A stretch of DNA of 64,000 nt from an uncultured Spirochaetota bacterium (GTDB lineage Bacteria > Spirochaetota > Brevinematia > Brevinematales > JAOACQ01): positions 384,001 through 448,000 of the forward strand of contig CAWAOD010000014.1 of assembly GCA_963783575.1 (NCBI GenBank), given 5' to 3'. Within the stretch, counting starts at the first letter, position 1. Every line of letters begins with the position of its first letter. This document shows positions 53,389 to 62,511 of the stretch, one piece after another. A model generated the notes under the pieces. That model was given only the letters and a program-made list of their open reading frames with translations, did no database searches and was not told the DNA's origin. Position numbers and translations under genes: made by a program.

Positions 53389-54381
53389 TTATTCGCTTTT
53401 AGCAGGTTCTTTATTCTTTTTAAATAAAGATGAAACTACCTTAAAAATAATCAGAAGCAAAGCCGCACCGGCAACTGCCGATATCAGATAACCGGCGATA
53501 TCACTCTTAAGAGCAGGCAGATTATAATCCTGCAGCGGAGCTTCCAGATGAAACCCTTTAGCTATACTGCCCGGGACTGTAATGTTCATTTTCTGCAATT
53601 CGTCGGCAGCCCATTCGCCCCATGCTGTTCCCGAAGCAATAAGCCCGATCGGTGTTAAGACCGTCATTAAAGCAAGAAGTATGTAAAGCGGCCCGTAACG
53701 CGGTTTTGTGTCGCTATCCGCATGAATGATTTCAGGAGATACGCGCCTGATATAAAGCAAAACCCCAGATGTAACAATGCCTTCGACAATACCCGCAATC
53801 AGGTACGCTATAAGCATAGCCGGAATTGAGGCAGATAGGCCGTAGGGGCAATAGAGAGGCAACCCTGCCGCGTCCTTGAATAGAAGGGGCTGAATCCCGA
53901 ATTCTACGGCCGCGAATAATGCGGCAAGATTGATGGCGATATAACCTGCTATAAAGGCGATGATAATTTCACCCTTTTCACTTTTCCAGACCTTTTTTAA
54001 AAAAGTATAGATAAAATATCCGGTGAACGGAATGACAAACGCCATATTGAAACAATTCGCCCCGAAGGATAATATACCCCCGTCGCCGAACAGGAGGGCC
54101 TGGATCAGAAGGGCGATTGAGACCGCGATTGTCGCCGAGTATGGCCCCAGGAGTATTGCTATCAGGGTGGCCCCCACTGCATGTGCAGATGTTCCTCCTG
54201 GGATAGGCACATTGAACATCATTAGTAAAAAGGCAAAAGCGGCAGAAATGCCCAGCAGAGGGATTTTTTTAGCTGTAACTTCCTTTTTGACTTTGTTAAC
54301 CGCGATAGCCCAAACCGGAAGCATGATCGCGCCCATCATAGCGCAAGTCTGGGGACTGAGATAATTATCGGGTATATGCAT
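53389..54381 (-). CDS. cbiM: ECF S component, NikMN-type fusion (nickel uptake)
   Basis: N-terminal MHIPDNYL metal-binding motif, GGTSAH, and a C-terminal AWGEW...APLQDY domain. Confidence 0.92.
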   Translation of the reverse strand: MHIPDNYLSPQTCAMMGAIMLPVWAIAVNKVKKEVTAKKIPLLGISAAFAFLLMMFNVPIPGGTSAHAVGATLIAILLGPYSATIAVSIALLIQALLFGDGGILSFGANCFNMAFVIPFTGYFIYTFLKKVWKSEKGEIIIAFIAGYIAINLAALFAAVEFGIQPLLFKDAAGLPLYCPYGLSASIPAMLIAYLIAGIVEGIVTSGVLLYIRRVSPEIIHADSDTKPRYGPLYILLALMTVLTPIGLIASGTAWGEWAADELQKMNITVPGSIAKGFHLEAPLQDYNLPALKSDIAGYLISAVAGAALLLIIFKVVSSLFKKNKEPAKSE

Positions 54382-54393
54382 ATTTTACTCCTT

Positions 54394-54560
54394 TCCTTCG
54401 TCATCACTCAGGATGACCTTTGAATCCGGTACCGTTGAAAATGATATGGAATATCAAAACCTAAAGTACCGGATATTAAATCCGACAAAGTTAATTCAAT
54501 ACAAAACTGATGCGGAGTATCCGGTATGCCAAGAAAGATTACCGGAATGATGTTCAGGCC
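54394..54560 (-). promoter_or_regulatory. Structured 5' leader of nikMN (candidate cis-regulatory RNA)
   Basis: Three adjacent hairpins, a closing stem, and a further hairpin next to the RBS (see findings). Confidence 0.45.
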
Positions 54561-54721
54561 GCCATAGTTACCGAAAGCATAGGGATTTTATTATTATAAA
54601 AGAAGTTGTTAAATTTTACAAACAAACCTTTTCAATTTCAGGAATCTTATTTTTGCAATATTTATTTTTTTGCGTCATAATTTGCAGGTTTTTAACCCAA
54701 GCATATTTTTGAGGAGACATT

Positions 54722-55575
54722 ATGTGGGACGTAAAAGGTAAAGTGGTTTTGATTACAGGGGCTACCAACGGTATTGGAAAAGAAACAGCGATAGGGCTGG
54801 CGCAAGCGGGTGCCAATGTTGTTATTCATGGACGGAGTACTTCAAAAACCGAAGGAGTTGTCCGTGAAATTGTTCAAAAAACCGGAAACCGAAACGTAGA
54901 TATGGTCACCGGGGATTTATCATCATTGACCGATGTAAAAAAGATAGTTGATGAATTTCAATCGAAATACAATTCGTTGAACATACTTATCAACAATGCC
55001 GGCGGGCTTATATGGATGAACCTGTTTCCACAGACGGTTTTGAAATGACTTTTGCAGTAAATTACCTTTCGCATTTTTTGTTAACTAGTCTTCTTTTAGG
55101 TCAAATCAAAAAAAGCGCTCCGGCCAGAATTATTCATTTATCATCATCGGCTCACAAGATGATGATAAATATTAATATGGAAAAAATATACAGGCCCGGA
55201 GCGTATGGTTTTCTTGTTTACTGCGCTGCCAAGCTATGCGTTACTATGTTTGCCTATGAGCTGGCTGAGCGTTTAGAAGGTTCCAATGTAACCTCAAATG
55301 CAGTCCATCCCGGCATGGTCAAGACAGGTTTCGGTTCAAATAACAATAATATCTTCTGGAAAATATTCGCACCATTCTGCTTTGCAATATCAATTCCTCC
55401 TGAAAAAGGCGCGTCAACCTCTCTTTATCTGGCCACTTCGAATGACCTTGAGGGAATTACAGCCAAGTATTTTGTCGGGTCAAAAGAAAAGCTATCAACA
55501 AAATTAAGTTATAACAAGGAAAAGCAGAAGGAATTATGGGTGCTAAGCGAAAAATTAGTGAAGGATTTTCTATAG
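54722..55575 (+). pseudogene. SDR oxidoreductase (retinol-dehydrogenase-like), frameshifted
   Basis: TGATNGIG...INNAG in one ORF and DGFEMTFAVNYL...YCAAK...HPG in the overlapping ORF; the break lies near 55012-55022. Confidence 0.85.
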
Positions 55576-55585
55576 GAACAAAAGC

Positions 55586-55986
55586 ATGATAACGGCTCCG
55601 GTAAGCCGGCGGCTGATTTTTAATCTTCAATCCATGCGGGGATGGTTAATCTTGCAGATTTCCAGGGAAAAGTAGTGATATTGTCTGCCTGGATTATTGT
55701 CCCCTTACTCTATCAAAAATAAAAAGCGCTATTTCAACGTTAACAATTCAAGAAATTAATCAAGTTAAATTCGTTATGATTTCAGTCGATCCGGAGCGCA
55801 ATAAAATAAAAAATTACGGATTATATTAACAGATTCCATACGGATTTTATCGGTTTAACTGGAACACCGGCTGAAATCTATGATGCCGCCAAGAAATATT
55901 AAAAGAAAAAGTTAATTCTGCTGCCGGAGACCTCATCGATCATACCCAGCATACTGGTTCAGGACAAACAGGGGAGATTATGTGCC
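55586..55986 (+). pseudogene. SCO/SenC copper-chaperone remnant
   Basis: Fragments across several frames: LADFQGKVVIL, CLDYCPLTL, MISVDPER, FIGLTGT, LIDHT and DKQGRL. Absent from the ORF track. Confidence 0.85.
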
Positions 55987-56024
55987 AAACAAAAGAATCC
56001 AAATTGTGTTATTTTTTATTATTA

Positions 56025-56033
56025 TGGTATAAT
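56025..56033 (+). promoter_or_regulatory. Extended -10 promoter candidate for larEBC
   Basis: TGGTATAAT just upstream of larE. Confidence 0.4.
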
Positions 56034-56040
56034 AATAGAA

Positions 56041-56883
56041 ATGATTTTTGGGAATATTAATATGAATATTGAAAATAAATTTGAGAATTTAAAAAATATA
56101 ATATTATCAAGCGAAAAAGCCGCAGTGGCTTTTTCCGGCGGTGTTGACAGCTCATTCCTCGCAAAATTTTGCTACGATCTTCTTAGAGAAAACAGCGCGG
56201 CAATAACAATAGCTTCACCAATGATGCCTGCTGGCGAAATTGAAGAAGCAAAAGAAATAGCTCATCTGATCGGTATAGATCATTACATAATCGAGGATAA
56301 TTCTATTGATGAAGAAATCGCGTCAAATTCCTCAAAGCGCTGTTATTATTGTAAAAAGATGGAATTCTCAAAAATAAAACAGAAGGCTTCAGAATTGGGT
56401 ATTAATAATGTTTTCGACGGATCTAATATGGATGACTTATCGGATTACAGGCCTGGTCTTAAAGCCCTTCAGGAAGTTGGAATAGTCAGTCCTTTACGGG
56501 AAATTGGTTTGACAAAAACAGAAATCCGCGAACTTTCAAAAAAGCTCGGTTTAAAAACCTGGGATAAGCCTGCTTATGCATGTCTTGCATCAAGAATACC
56601 TTACGGCGAGAAAATTACAAAGGAAAAACTTGAACTTATTGATAAAGCCGAAGCTTATCTTAAAAATCTTGGTTTCAGGCAGTACCGGGTTAGATACCAT
56701 GGGACAATTGCCAGGATTGAAATAGCCGCGCAAGAAAGAAAAAAGATGTTTGATGAAAATTTGATGGATAATATATCCAGGGTTTTCAAAGCTTTCGGTT
56801 TTATATACGTCGCACTTGAACTTGAAGGATATCAAACCGGAAGCCTTAACCGCACACTTGAAAAAGGCAGGGCAGATAAATGA
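56041..56883 (+). CDS. larE: ATP-dependent sulfur transferase for the nickel-pincer cofactor
   Basis: PP-loop AFSGGVDS, RCYYCK, DYRPG and ACLASRIPYG; the start may be 56062. Confidence 0.93.
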   Translation: MIFGNINMNIENKFENLKNIILSSEKAAVAFSGGVDSSFLAKFCYDLLRENSAAITIASPMMPAGEIEEAKEIAHLIGIDHYIIEDNSIDEEIASNSSKRCYYCKKMEFSKIKQKASELGINNVFDGSNMDDLSDYRPGLKALQEVGIVSPLREIGLTKTEIRELSKKLGLKTWDKPAYACLASRIPYGEKITKEKLELIDKAEAYLKNLGFRQYRVRYHGTIARIEIAAQERKKMFDENLMDNISRVFKAFGFIYVALELEGYQTGSLNRTLEKGRADK

Positions 56884-57656
56884 GGGAAAAAGATCTGCTG
56901 GAATTACTTAATTCCGTCCGTGACGGAAAACTCAAAATTGAAGAAGCTTTAAATAAATTAAAAGAGCTTCCGTTTATTGATATGGAATACGCGAAACTTG
57001 ACACACATCGCGAAATAAGGACAGGATTTCCGGAAATCATATTCTGCGCCGGTAAAACCATCGAACACATTAAGGGCATAGTATCCCATATGATGGAAAA
57101 ACGGATTAATATACTTGCGACAAGGGCGGAACAGAATGTTTTCCTAGCGTTGAAAAATGAAATTCCGAATATCGAATACTTTCCCGAGGCAAGAATTATC
57201 TATATTAAAAATTCAGATATACATTTAAACAAAAATAAAATACTTGTCGTTACAGGCGGCACATCCGATATTCCGGTAGCGGAGGAAGCAGCTGTAACTG
57301 CCGAAAAATTGGGCAATCAGGTCTCAAGGCTTTATGATGTTGGAGTTGCTGGCATACACAGGCTTCTTTATAATCAGGATAAATTGAACGACGCGAGTGT
57401 CATAATCGCGGTCGCAGGTATGGAGGGAGCACTGGCCAGCGTTGTAGGCGGCCTAGTGGATAAACCGGTAATAGCAGTACCGACAAGTATCGGATATGGA
57501 GCCAGTTTCGGAGGACTTGCTGCCCTTCTGGCGATGCTGAACAGCTGTGCAAGCGGGATCAGTGTAGTCAATATCGACAACGGTTTCGGGGCGGGATATT
57601 TTGCGGCTGTGATAAACCGTCAAATAGAAAAAGCCGCCGGAGATAATAAAAAATAA
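56880..57656 (+). CDS. larB: Nickel-pincer cofactor carboxylase/hydrolase
   Basis: Motifs GTSDIPVAEEA, DVGVAGIHRL, AGMEGAL, PTSIGYG and VNIDNGFGA. Confidence 0.95.
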   Translation: MREKDLLELLNSVRDGKLKIEEALNKLKELPFIDMEYAKLDTHREIRTGFPEIIFCAGKTIEHIKGIVSHMMEKRINILATRAEQNVFLALKNEIPNIEYFPEARIIYIKNSDIHLNKNKILVVTGGTSDIPVAEEAAVTAEKLGNQVSRLYDVGVAGIHRLLYNQDKLNDASVIIAVAGMEGALASVVGGLVDKPVIAVPTSIGYGASFGGLAALLAMLNSCASGISVVNIDNGFGAGYFAAVINRQIEKAAGDNKK

Positions 57657-57669
57657 AGTTCGAGAAAAC

Positions 57670-57752
57670 AAACCCCAACCCCTCATTCAGCAGAGCCGGT
57701 CCTGAGTCTGAAGAAGGGTTCTGTACATCGTTTCGTAGGAGGGGAGGTTTTG
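57670..57752. repeat. REP-like hairpin between larB and larC
   Basis: Outer stem acccctc/gagggga, inner stem cagagcc/gggttctg; contains CCTGAG...GAAGGG. Confidence 0.6.
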
Positions 57753-57783
57753 ACAATATGTCTATGAATTATAGGAAGAAGGA

Positions 57784-58965
57784 ATGGAAAAGAAGATACT
57801 GTTTTTCGACTGTTTTTCAGGAATCAGCGGGGATATGACTATCGGCGCGCTCCTGGACCTAGGTGTTGACAAAGACTATTTTCTTGATTGTATCTCAAAA
57901 TTAAATATTAAAGGTTTTGAGATAAAAATAAAAAAATCGTCAAAAAAAGGGATCGGGGGAACGGATTTCAACGTTAAAATCGATAGCGAAATAAAACAAC
58001 CACAAAGAAATTTAAACGATATTCTTGAAATAATCAATCAAAGCGGCCTGAATGAAAACATAAAATCTTTAAGCGAAAAAATATTCAGGATTATAACTGA
58101 AGCCGAGGCAGCGGTACACAATAAGCCGGTGGAAGAAATACACTTTCACGAAATTGGGGCTGTTGATTCTATTGTTGATATTGTAGGGACCGCAGTCTGC
58201 ATTGACAGTATAAATGCCGATGAAATTTTGTCCTCGCCCTTAAACCTCGGAAGCGGTTTTGTCGTTTGCAATCATGGGACAATACCTGTCCCGGCACCAG
58301 CCACGCTTGAAATACTGAAAGATGTACCGGTCTATTCCTGGAATATTAAAAAAGAAATGACAACACCTACAGGCGCAGGTATTATCAAAGCTCTTAGCAC
58401 AGGATTTACAGATTTTCCTTCAATATCAATCGAGAGGACAGGCTATGGTCTAGGAAAGAGGGACCTGGAAATACCAAATGTTCTTCGTGTAGTTCTTGGA
58501 AAAACACGGGAAATTAAAGCAATAACACTTCTGGAAACAAATATCGACAATATGAATCCTGAAATTTACGGGTACATCTTTCCGAAACTTTTCGAAAAAG
58601 GTGCTCTCGACGTGTACATTACCCCGATTATAATGAAAAAAAACCGCCCGGCATGCATATTGAGCGTTCTCTGCCCCGAAGATAAATCTGCTTCAATTGA
58701 GGATTTCATTTTCCGTGAAACACCAACACTTGGCATCAGGAAATATAAAGTCGAAAGGGAAGAAATGGATAGAAAAACAGTTATAGTTGAAACAAAATTC
58801 GGAAAGATAAGCGTGAAAGCCGCTTATCTCAATAATAAAATAGTAAAATTCGCGCCTGAATATGAAGAATGCTCGAAGATAGCGGAAAGCTCCGGGATTC
58901 CGATATTCGAAGTTTATCAGGAAATCATATCATCCGCAAGGAATTTAATTAAAGACCTGGTTTAA
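57784..58965 (+). CDS. larC: Nickel insertase for the nickel-pincer cofactor
   Basis: Motifs DCFSGISGDM, IHFHEIGAVDSIVD, PVPAPAT, TPTGA, MKKNRP and PEYEEC. Confidence 0.95.
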   Translation: MEKKILFFDCFSGISGDMTIGALLDLGVDKDYFLDCISKLNIKGFEIKIKKSSKKGIGGTDFNVKIDSEIKQPQRNLNDILEIINQSGLNENIKSLSEKIFRIITEAEAAVHNKPVEEIHFHEIGAVDSIVDIVGTAVCIDSINADEILSSPLNLGSGFVVCNHGTIPVPAPATLEILKDVPVYSWNIKKEMTTPTGAGIIKALSTGFTDFPSISIERTGYGLGKRDLEIPNVLRVVLGKTREIKAITLLETNIDNMNPEIYGYIFPKLFEKGALDVYITPIIMKKNRPACILSVLCPEDKSASIEDFIFRETPTLGIRKYKVEREEMDRKTVIVETKFGKISVKAAYLNNKIVKFAPEYEECSKIAESSGIPIFEVYQEIISSARNLIKDLV

Positions 58966-61092
58966 TATCTGGTAGTTCATACCCATATTCCAGAAGGTAT
59001 ATCCCATATTTATCGAATCCTGAACTCCCCTAACCTCATTTTTTATGTAATTACTTCCAAAATAAGTCCTATCATAGGAGATATTCATTTTAAAAGCCTG
59101 TACATAAGGCCTTATAATTAGGTCCTTCATTCCAAGATAATAATTTCTCAAACATCCATAATAGTAAATCCTGTATGTTTTTAATTCAAACGGTTTAAAA
59201 TTCATAAATTCAGGAGCGAAATGAGAAGGATAATACATTGGACAAATCACATTTACATACCTTTTAAACATTTCCACATCCTGGCCTGTCCTTGCGCCTG
59301 TTCTCCACCATCCGTTCGCGCCGTAAATATCAATGGAAATCGGTGCATCTATATTTTCCCTGGCATAATTTAAAAACGACATTATTGCGCTTTCCTTATC
59401 CATACCCCTATCTCTTGACGGGTAATAAGCATCGCCAAGATTTTCACCGTCGGTCGGAAATCGGACATAATCGAATTGGACTTCGTTAAAGCCTTTACTG
59501 ATAAGTTCTTTTGCGATTTCGACATTATATTCCCAGACCTTTTCCGAATACGGATCAACCCAGTATTCCTTAATTAATTTTGTCGTTCCGTCTTTATTTT
59601 TCTTAATGCCTTGCCATGGTTTCCCGGTTGATGCTGATTTTACAGCCATTTCACCGCTGTTATAACTATAAAGTACCCTGTCCTGGAAAAGAACAAGCCG
59701 TGCAATTAAATAGATATTTTTCTTCTTCAAAGCCTTTGAAAAGTCTTCCACGTCAACAGGGTTTTGAACCCTTCCCATCCTTTTTAAAAGAACGCTCTCC
59801 GGGTTAAACTTAAGATTTCCCCAATCATCCTTCATATCTATAACTAGGGAATTAAGACCTGTGTTCGATAACATTGTCAAAATATTTTCATATTTCTGTT
59901 TTTGTTTAATAACTCCGGGCTGAACATAAAGTCCTCTTTTTCCATCCGCGGTTTGTGTAAATGAATTTCTTTCCGGTTCTGCAAAAAGCCATAATCCGGA
60001 TAAATTGAACTCGGTTTCCCCGTTAGTAAAAGAACAAAAACACTGGAGTCTGCTTCCTGTTTTTTCCTCAATTGAATTTCTGAACTTTGAAATATCAAGC
60101 TGGTTCAATTCCATTACGGATGATCCTTTTCCAGATGTTTCAGCCATGGATGACCCGTTTCCAAGCTCGGAAGAAAATGAAGCAGACATGGATGAACCTG
60201 ATATTTTTGATATGTCCTCATTTGAATTTAATTCCAGTTCCATCAGCCCGTTTGTACAGATGAAATATAGATTTTTACTAAAATAAAGGCTTTCGATCAG
60301 GTTGAAATTGTCCTTCATGCGCAGAATATTGTCCCAGGAATTTTCTTTTTGATTAAAGCGGTATATATTCGGAGAGAAATTGTTCGCAGCGAAAATTACC
60401 GGTTTATCGCCATTCCTGACAGAGTATAGATCGGAAACCTCCTCATAAAAACCGGTAAGTTCAAGTATGCCATTGTTCAATTCATGCCAGCCATTCATCT
60501 TGTTGATATTTCTGTAATATATTCCCTTAAAAGGATGCGCAATCATAATATTTATGCCCTGGTCGGTATAGATCACCGCGGACTTTATTCCGGAAGCAAT
60601 ACTCGGATTCGGAAGAAAAGTCCATTTATTCCCGGCACTGGTTGTATAAAAAACTCCGTCTTTACTGCAGGTAATGAGATTTGAGGGATTCATCGGATCA
60701 ACTTTCAGGTCTTTAAGATCCTGAATGATATAGCTGAAAGATTTAACCGAATCACGATAATACTTCATAACTTTAATATTCAAACCGTTGTTTAAAAAAT
60801 TATAATTGACCGTATCCCCGGAAAAAACGATTCCAGAAGAAGTGAGCAGAAAAATTCCGTAAGGTACAGTAATTATTTTTCTGATTTCAATCCCATTATC
60901 ACCCCCGTTCCACAGAAGAACAGGCTCGTTTTTATAATCCCAGAAATATAAGCCTTTACTGGTTCCGGCTATTATGCATGGGCTTTCAGGCAAAACAGCC
61001 TTCAAAATATCTTTGTTTGTGAATTCTGTGTACAGCAAAGAATAGCATGCAAATATCAGCCCGGCAAGTAAAAACACACATTTCGAAAGCAT
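58945..61092 (-). CDS. Exported putative glycoside hydrolase (DUF4015-like C-terminal domain)
   Basis: Motifs VIDMKDD, IARLVLFQD, WVDPY, EVQFDYVRFP, PMYYPSH and RPYVQAF; propeller-like N-terminus. Confidence 0.78.
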   Translation of the reverse strand: MLSKCVFLLAGLIFACYSLLYTEFTNKDILKAVLPESPCIIAGTSKGLYFWDYKNEPVLLWNGGDNGIEIRKIITVPYGIFLLTSSGIVFSGDTVNYNFLNNGLNIKVMKYYRDSVKSFSYIIQDLKDLKVDPMNPSNLITCSKDGVFYTTSAGNKWTFLPNPSIASGIKSAVIYTDQGINIMIAHPFKGIYYRNINKMNGWHELNNGILELTGFYEEVSDLYSVRNGDKPVIFAANNFSPNIYRFNQKENSWDNILRMKDNFNLIESLYFSKNLYFICTNGLMELELNSNEDISKISGSSMSASFSSELGNGSSMAETSGKGSSVMELNQLDISKFRNSIEEKTGSRLQCFCSFTNGETEFNLSGLWLFAEPERNSFTQTADGKRGLYVQPGVIKQKQKYENILTMLSNTGLNSLVIDMKDDWGNLKFNPESVLLKRMGRVQNPVDVEDFSKALKKKNIYLIARLVLFQDRVLYSYNSGEMAVKSASTGKPWQGIKKNKDGTTKLIKEYWVDPYSEKVWEYNVEIAKELISKGFNEVQFDYVRFPTDGENLGDAYYPSRDRGMDKESAIMSFLNYARENIDAPISIDIYGANGWWRTGARTGQDVEMFKRYVNVICPMYYPSHFAPEFMNFKPFELKTYRIYYYGCLRNYYLGMKDLIIRPYVQAFKMNISYDRTYFGSNYIKNEVRGVQDSINMGYTFWNMGMNYQILNQVFN

Positions 61093-61220
61093 ATTAACCT
61101 CAATTGTATTATTCCAATTTTAAAGCATATTATTGTAATAAGGTTTCAGCTTTTCGTAAAACATTTTAACGTTATAAAAAAGAGTTATTTAGTTTTAGAA
61201 TTAGGAAGTTATTGATCAGT

Positions 61221-61607
61221 TCATTCCGAAAGCAGTATCTTATTTTTGAAAAACCGTACCGTTAACTGATCTATAATATTAAGAAAGGTGCTTTTTTTAG
61301 TTGAAGATGGATTTGCTGACAAATCTGAAGCCTGTTCCGGCAGTGAGACATACACAATGTCATTCCTTGATAAAGGTGTCCCAAGTGTATTATAATCATA
61401 AGATGAAAGGCGTGATAATTCGTAATTGATTTTTATACTAACTTCCCGTTTTTGAAGATTCTGAGTTTCAATATTCTTCTGAAGAGAGGAAATACAATAA
61501 TCCAGATTTTTTGATTCAAGACGCTGTTCAATTATAATAAATGAAAATCCAATAAATAAAACCAGAATGAAAATGATTTTTAGGCTCATAACACCGGAAT
61601 TACTCAT
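61221..61607 (-). CDS. FtsL-like bitopic protein
   Basis: One transmembrane helix plus a coiled coil, directly downstream of rsmH. Confidence 0.5.
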   Translation of the reverse strand: MSNSGVMSLKIIFILVLFIGFSFIIIEQRLESKNLDYCISSLQKNIETQNLQKREVSIKINYELSRLSSYDYNTLGTPLSRNDIVYVSLPEQASDLSANPSSTKKSTFLNIIDQLTVRFFKNKILLSE

Positions 61608-62507
61608 CTACGGACCTCTTTTCTCAAAAATTCTTAATTTGGCGCTCCTGGACGCCCTATTATTTCTAATTTCCTCTACAGCTGGTATAACCGGTTTTTT
61701 TGTGACGACAACCCCTTTTCCCTCAAGCGCAAGCTGTTTGAAGCCGTTCTTTACGATTCTGTCCTCAAGGGAATGATAACTGATAATAACCAGCCTTCCG
61801 TTTTCAGATAGATTATCGACAGCATGGGGTATAAAACTTTCGAGAATTTCCAATTCTTTATTAATAAAAATTCTCAAGGCCTGAAAAGTTTTTGTAGCAG
61901 GATGAATTTTACTAATCTTTTGCTTTTTTGACCGCATAACAATTGAGGCTAAATCTCTAGCGCTTTTTACAGGCCTTTCCCTGCAGATCGCCCTGGCTAT
62001 CCTCCGCGATTCACGTTCCTCACCGTATAGATAAATAATATCGGCTATTTTTTCCTCACGATAATGATTTATAATCATATCTGCCGAAATTTCCTGATCG
62101 GGATCAAGCCGCATATCCAATGAGGAATCATCCATATAGCTGAATCCTCCTTCACGGAAATGAAACATTGATATCCCGAGATCGGCCAAAATTCCATCGG
62201 CTTTTATTTTTTTTCCCTGAGACAACTGTTCTGCTGCCAGTGCTTCTCCGATTTTATCAAAAGTCATCTGATAAAATGATGCGTTTTTAAATTCCCCGAG
62301 CCTTGTTTGCGCAATTTTTAAAATATTACCATCACGATCAAGACAGATAAGCCTGCCATTCGGTATTTTTTTGATTATTTCAATCGAATGCCCGCCTTCT
62401 CCGCAGGTCGCATCAACAATGATATTAAAGGGACATATTGAAAGGAAATCCATTACTTCATTTAATAAGACCGGTATATGATGTGCCGTAATTAAGTTTT
62501 TTTCCAT
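61608..62507 (-). CDS. rsmH: 16S rRNA m4C1402 methyltransferase
   Basis: Motifs HIPVL, DATCGEGGHS, DLGIS, LDMR, FQALRI and SYHSLEDR. Confidence 0.96.
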   Translation of the reverse strand: MEKNLITAHHIPVLLNEVMDFLSICPFNIIVDATCGEGGHSIEIIKKIPNGRLICLDRDGNILKIAQTRLGEFKNASFYQMTFDKIGEALAAEQLSQGKKIKADGILADLGISMFHFREGGFSYMDDSSLDMRLDPDQEISADMIINHYREEKIADIIYLYGEERESRRIARAICRERPVKSARDLASIVMRSKKQKISKIHPATKTFQALRIFINKELEILESFIPHAVDNLSENGRLVIISYHSLEDRIVKNGFKQLALEGKGVVVTKKPVIPAVEEIRNNRASRSAKLRIFEKRGP

Positions 62508-62511
62508 AAAA

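Noticed and set aside
54394..54600. Cobalamin or canonical NiCo riboswitch
   Set aside because: I could not recognise a B12 box or the NiCo consensus by eye, so it is reported only as an unassigned structured leader.
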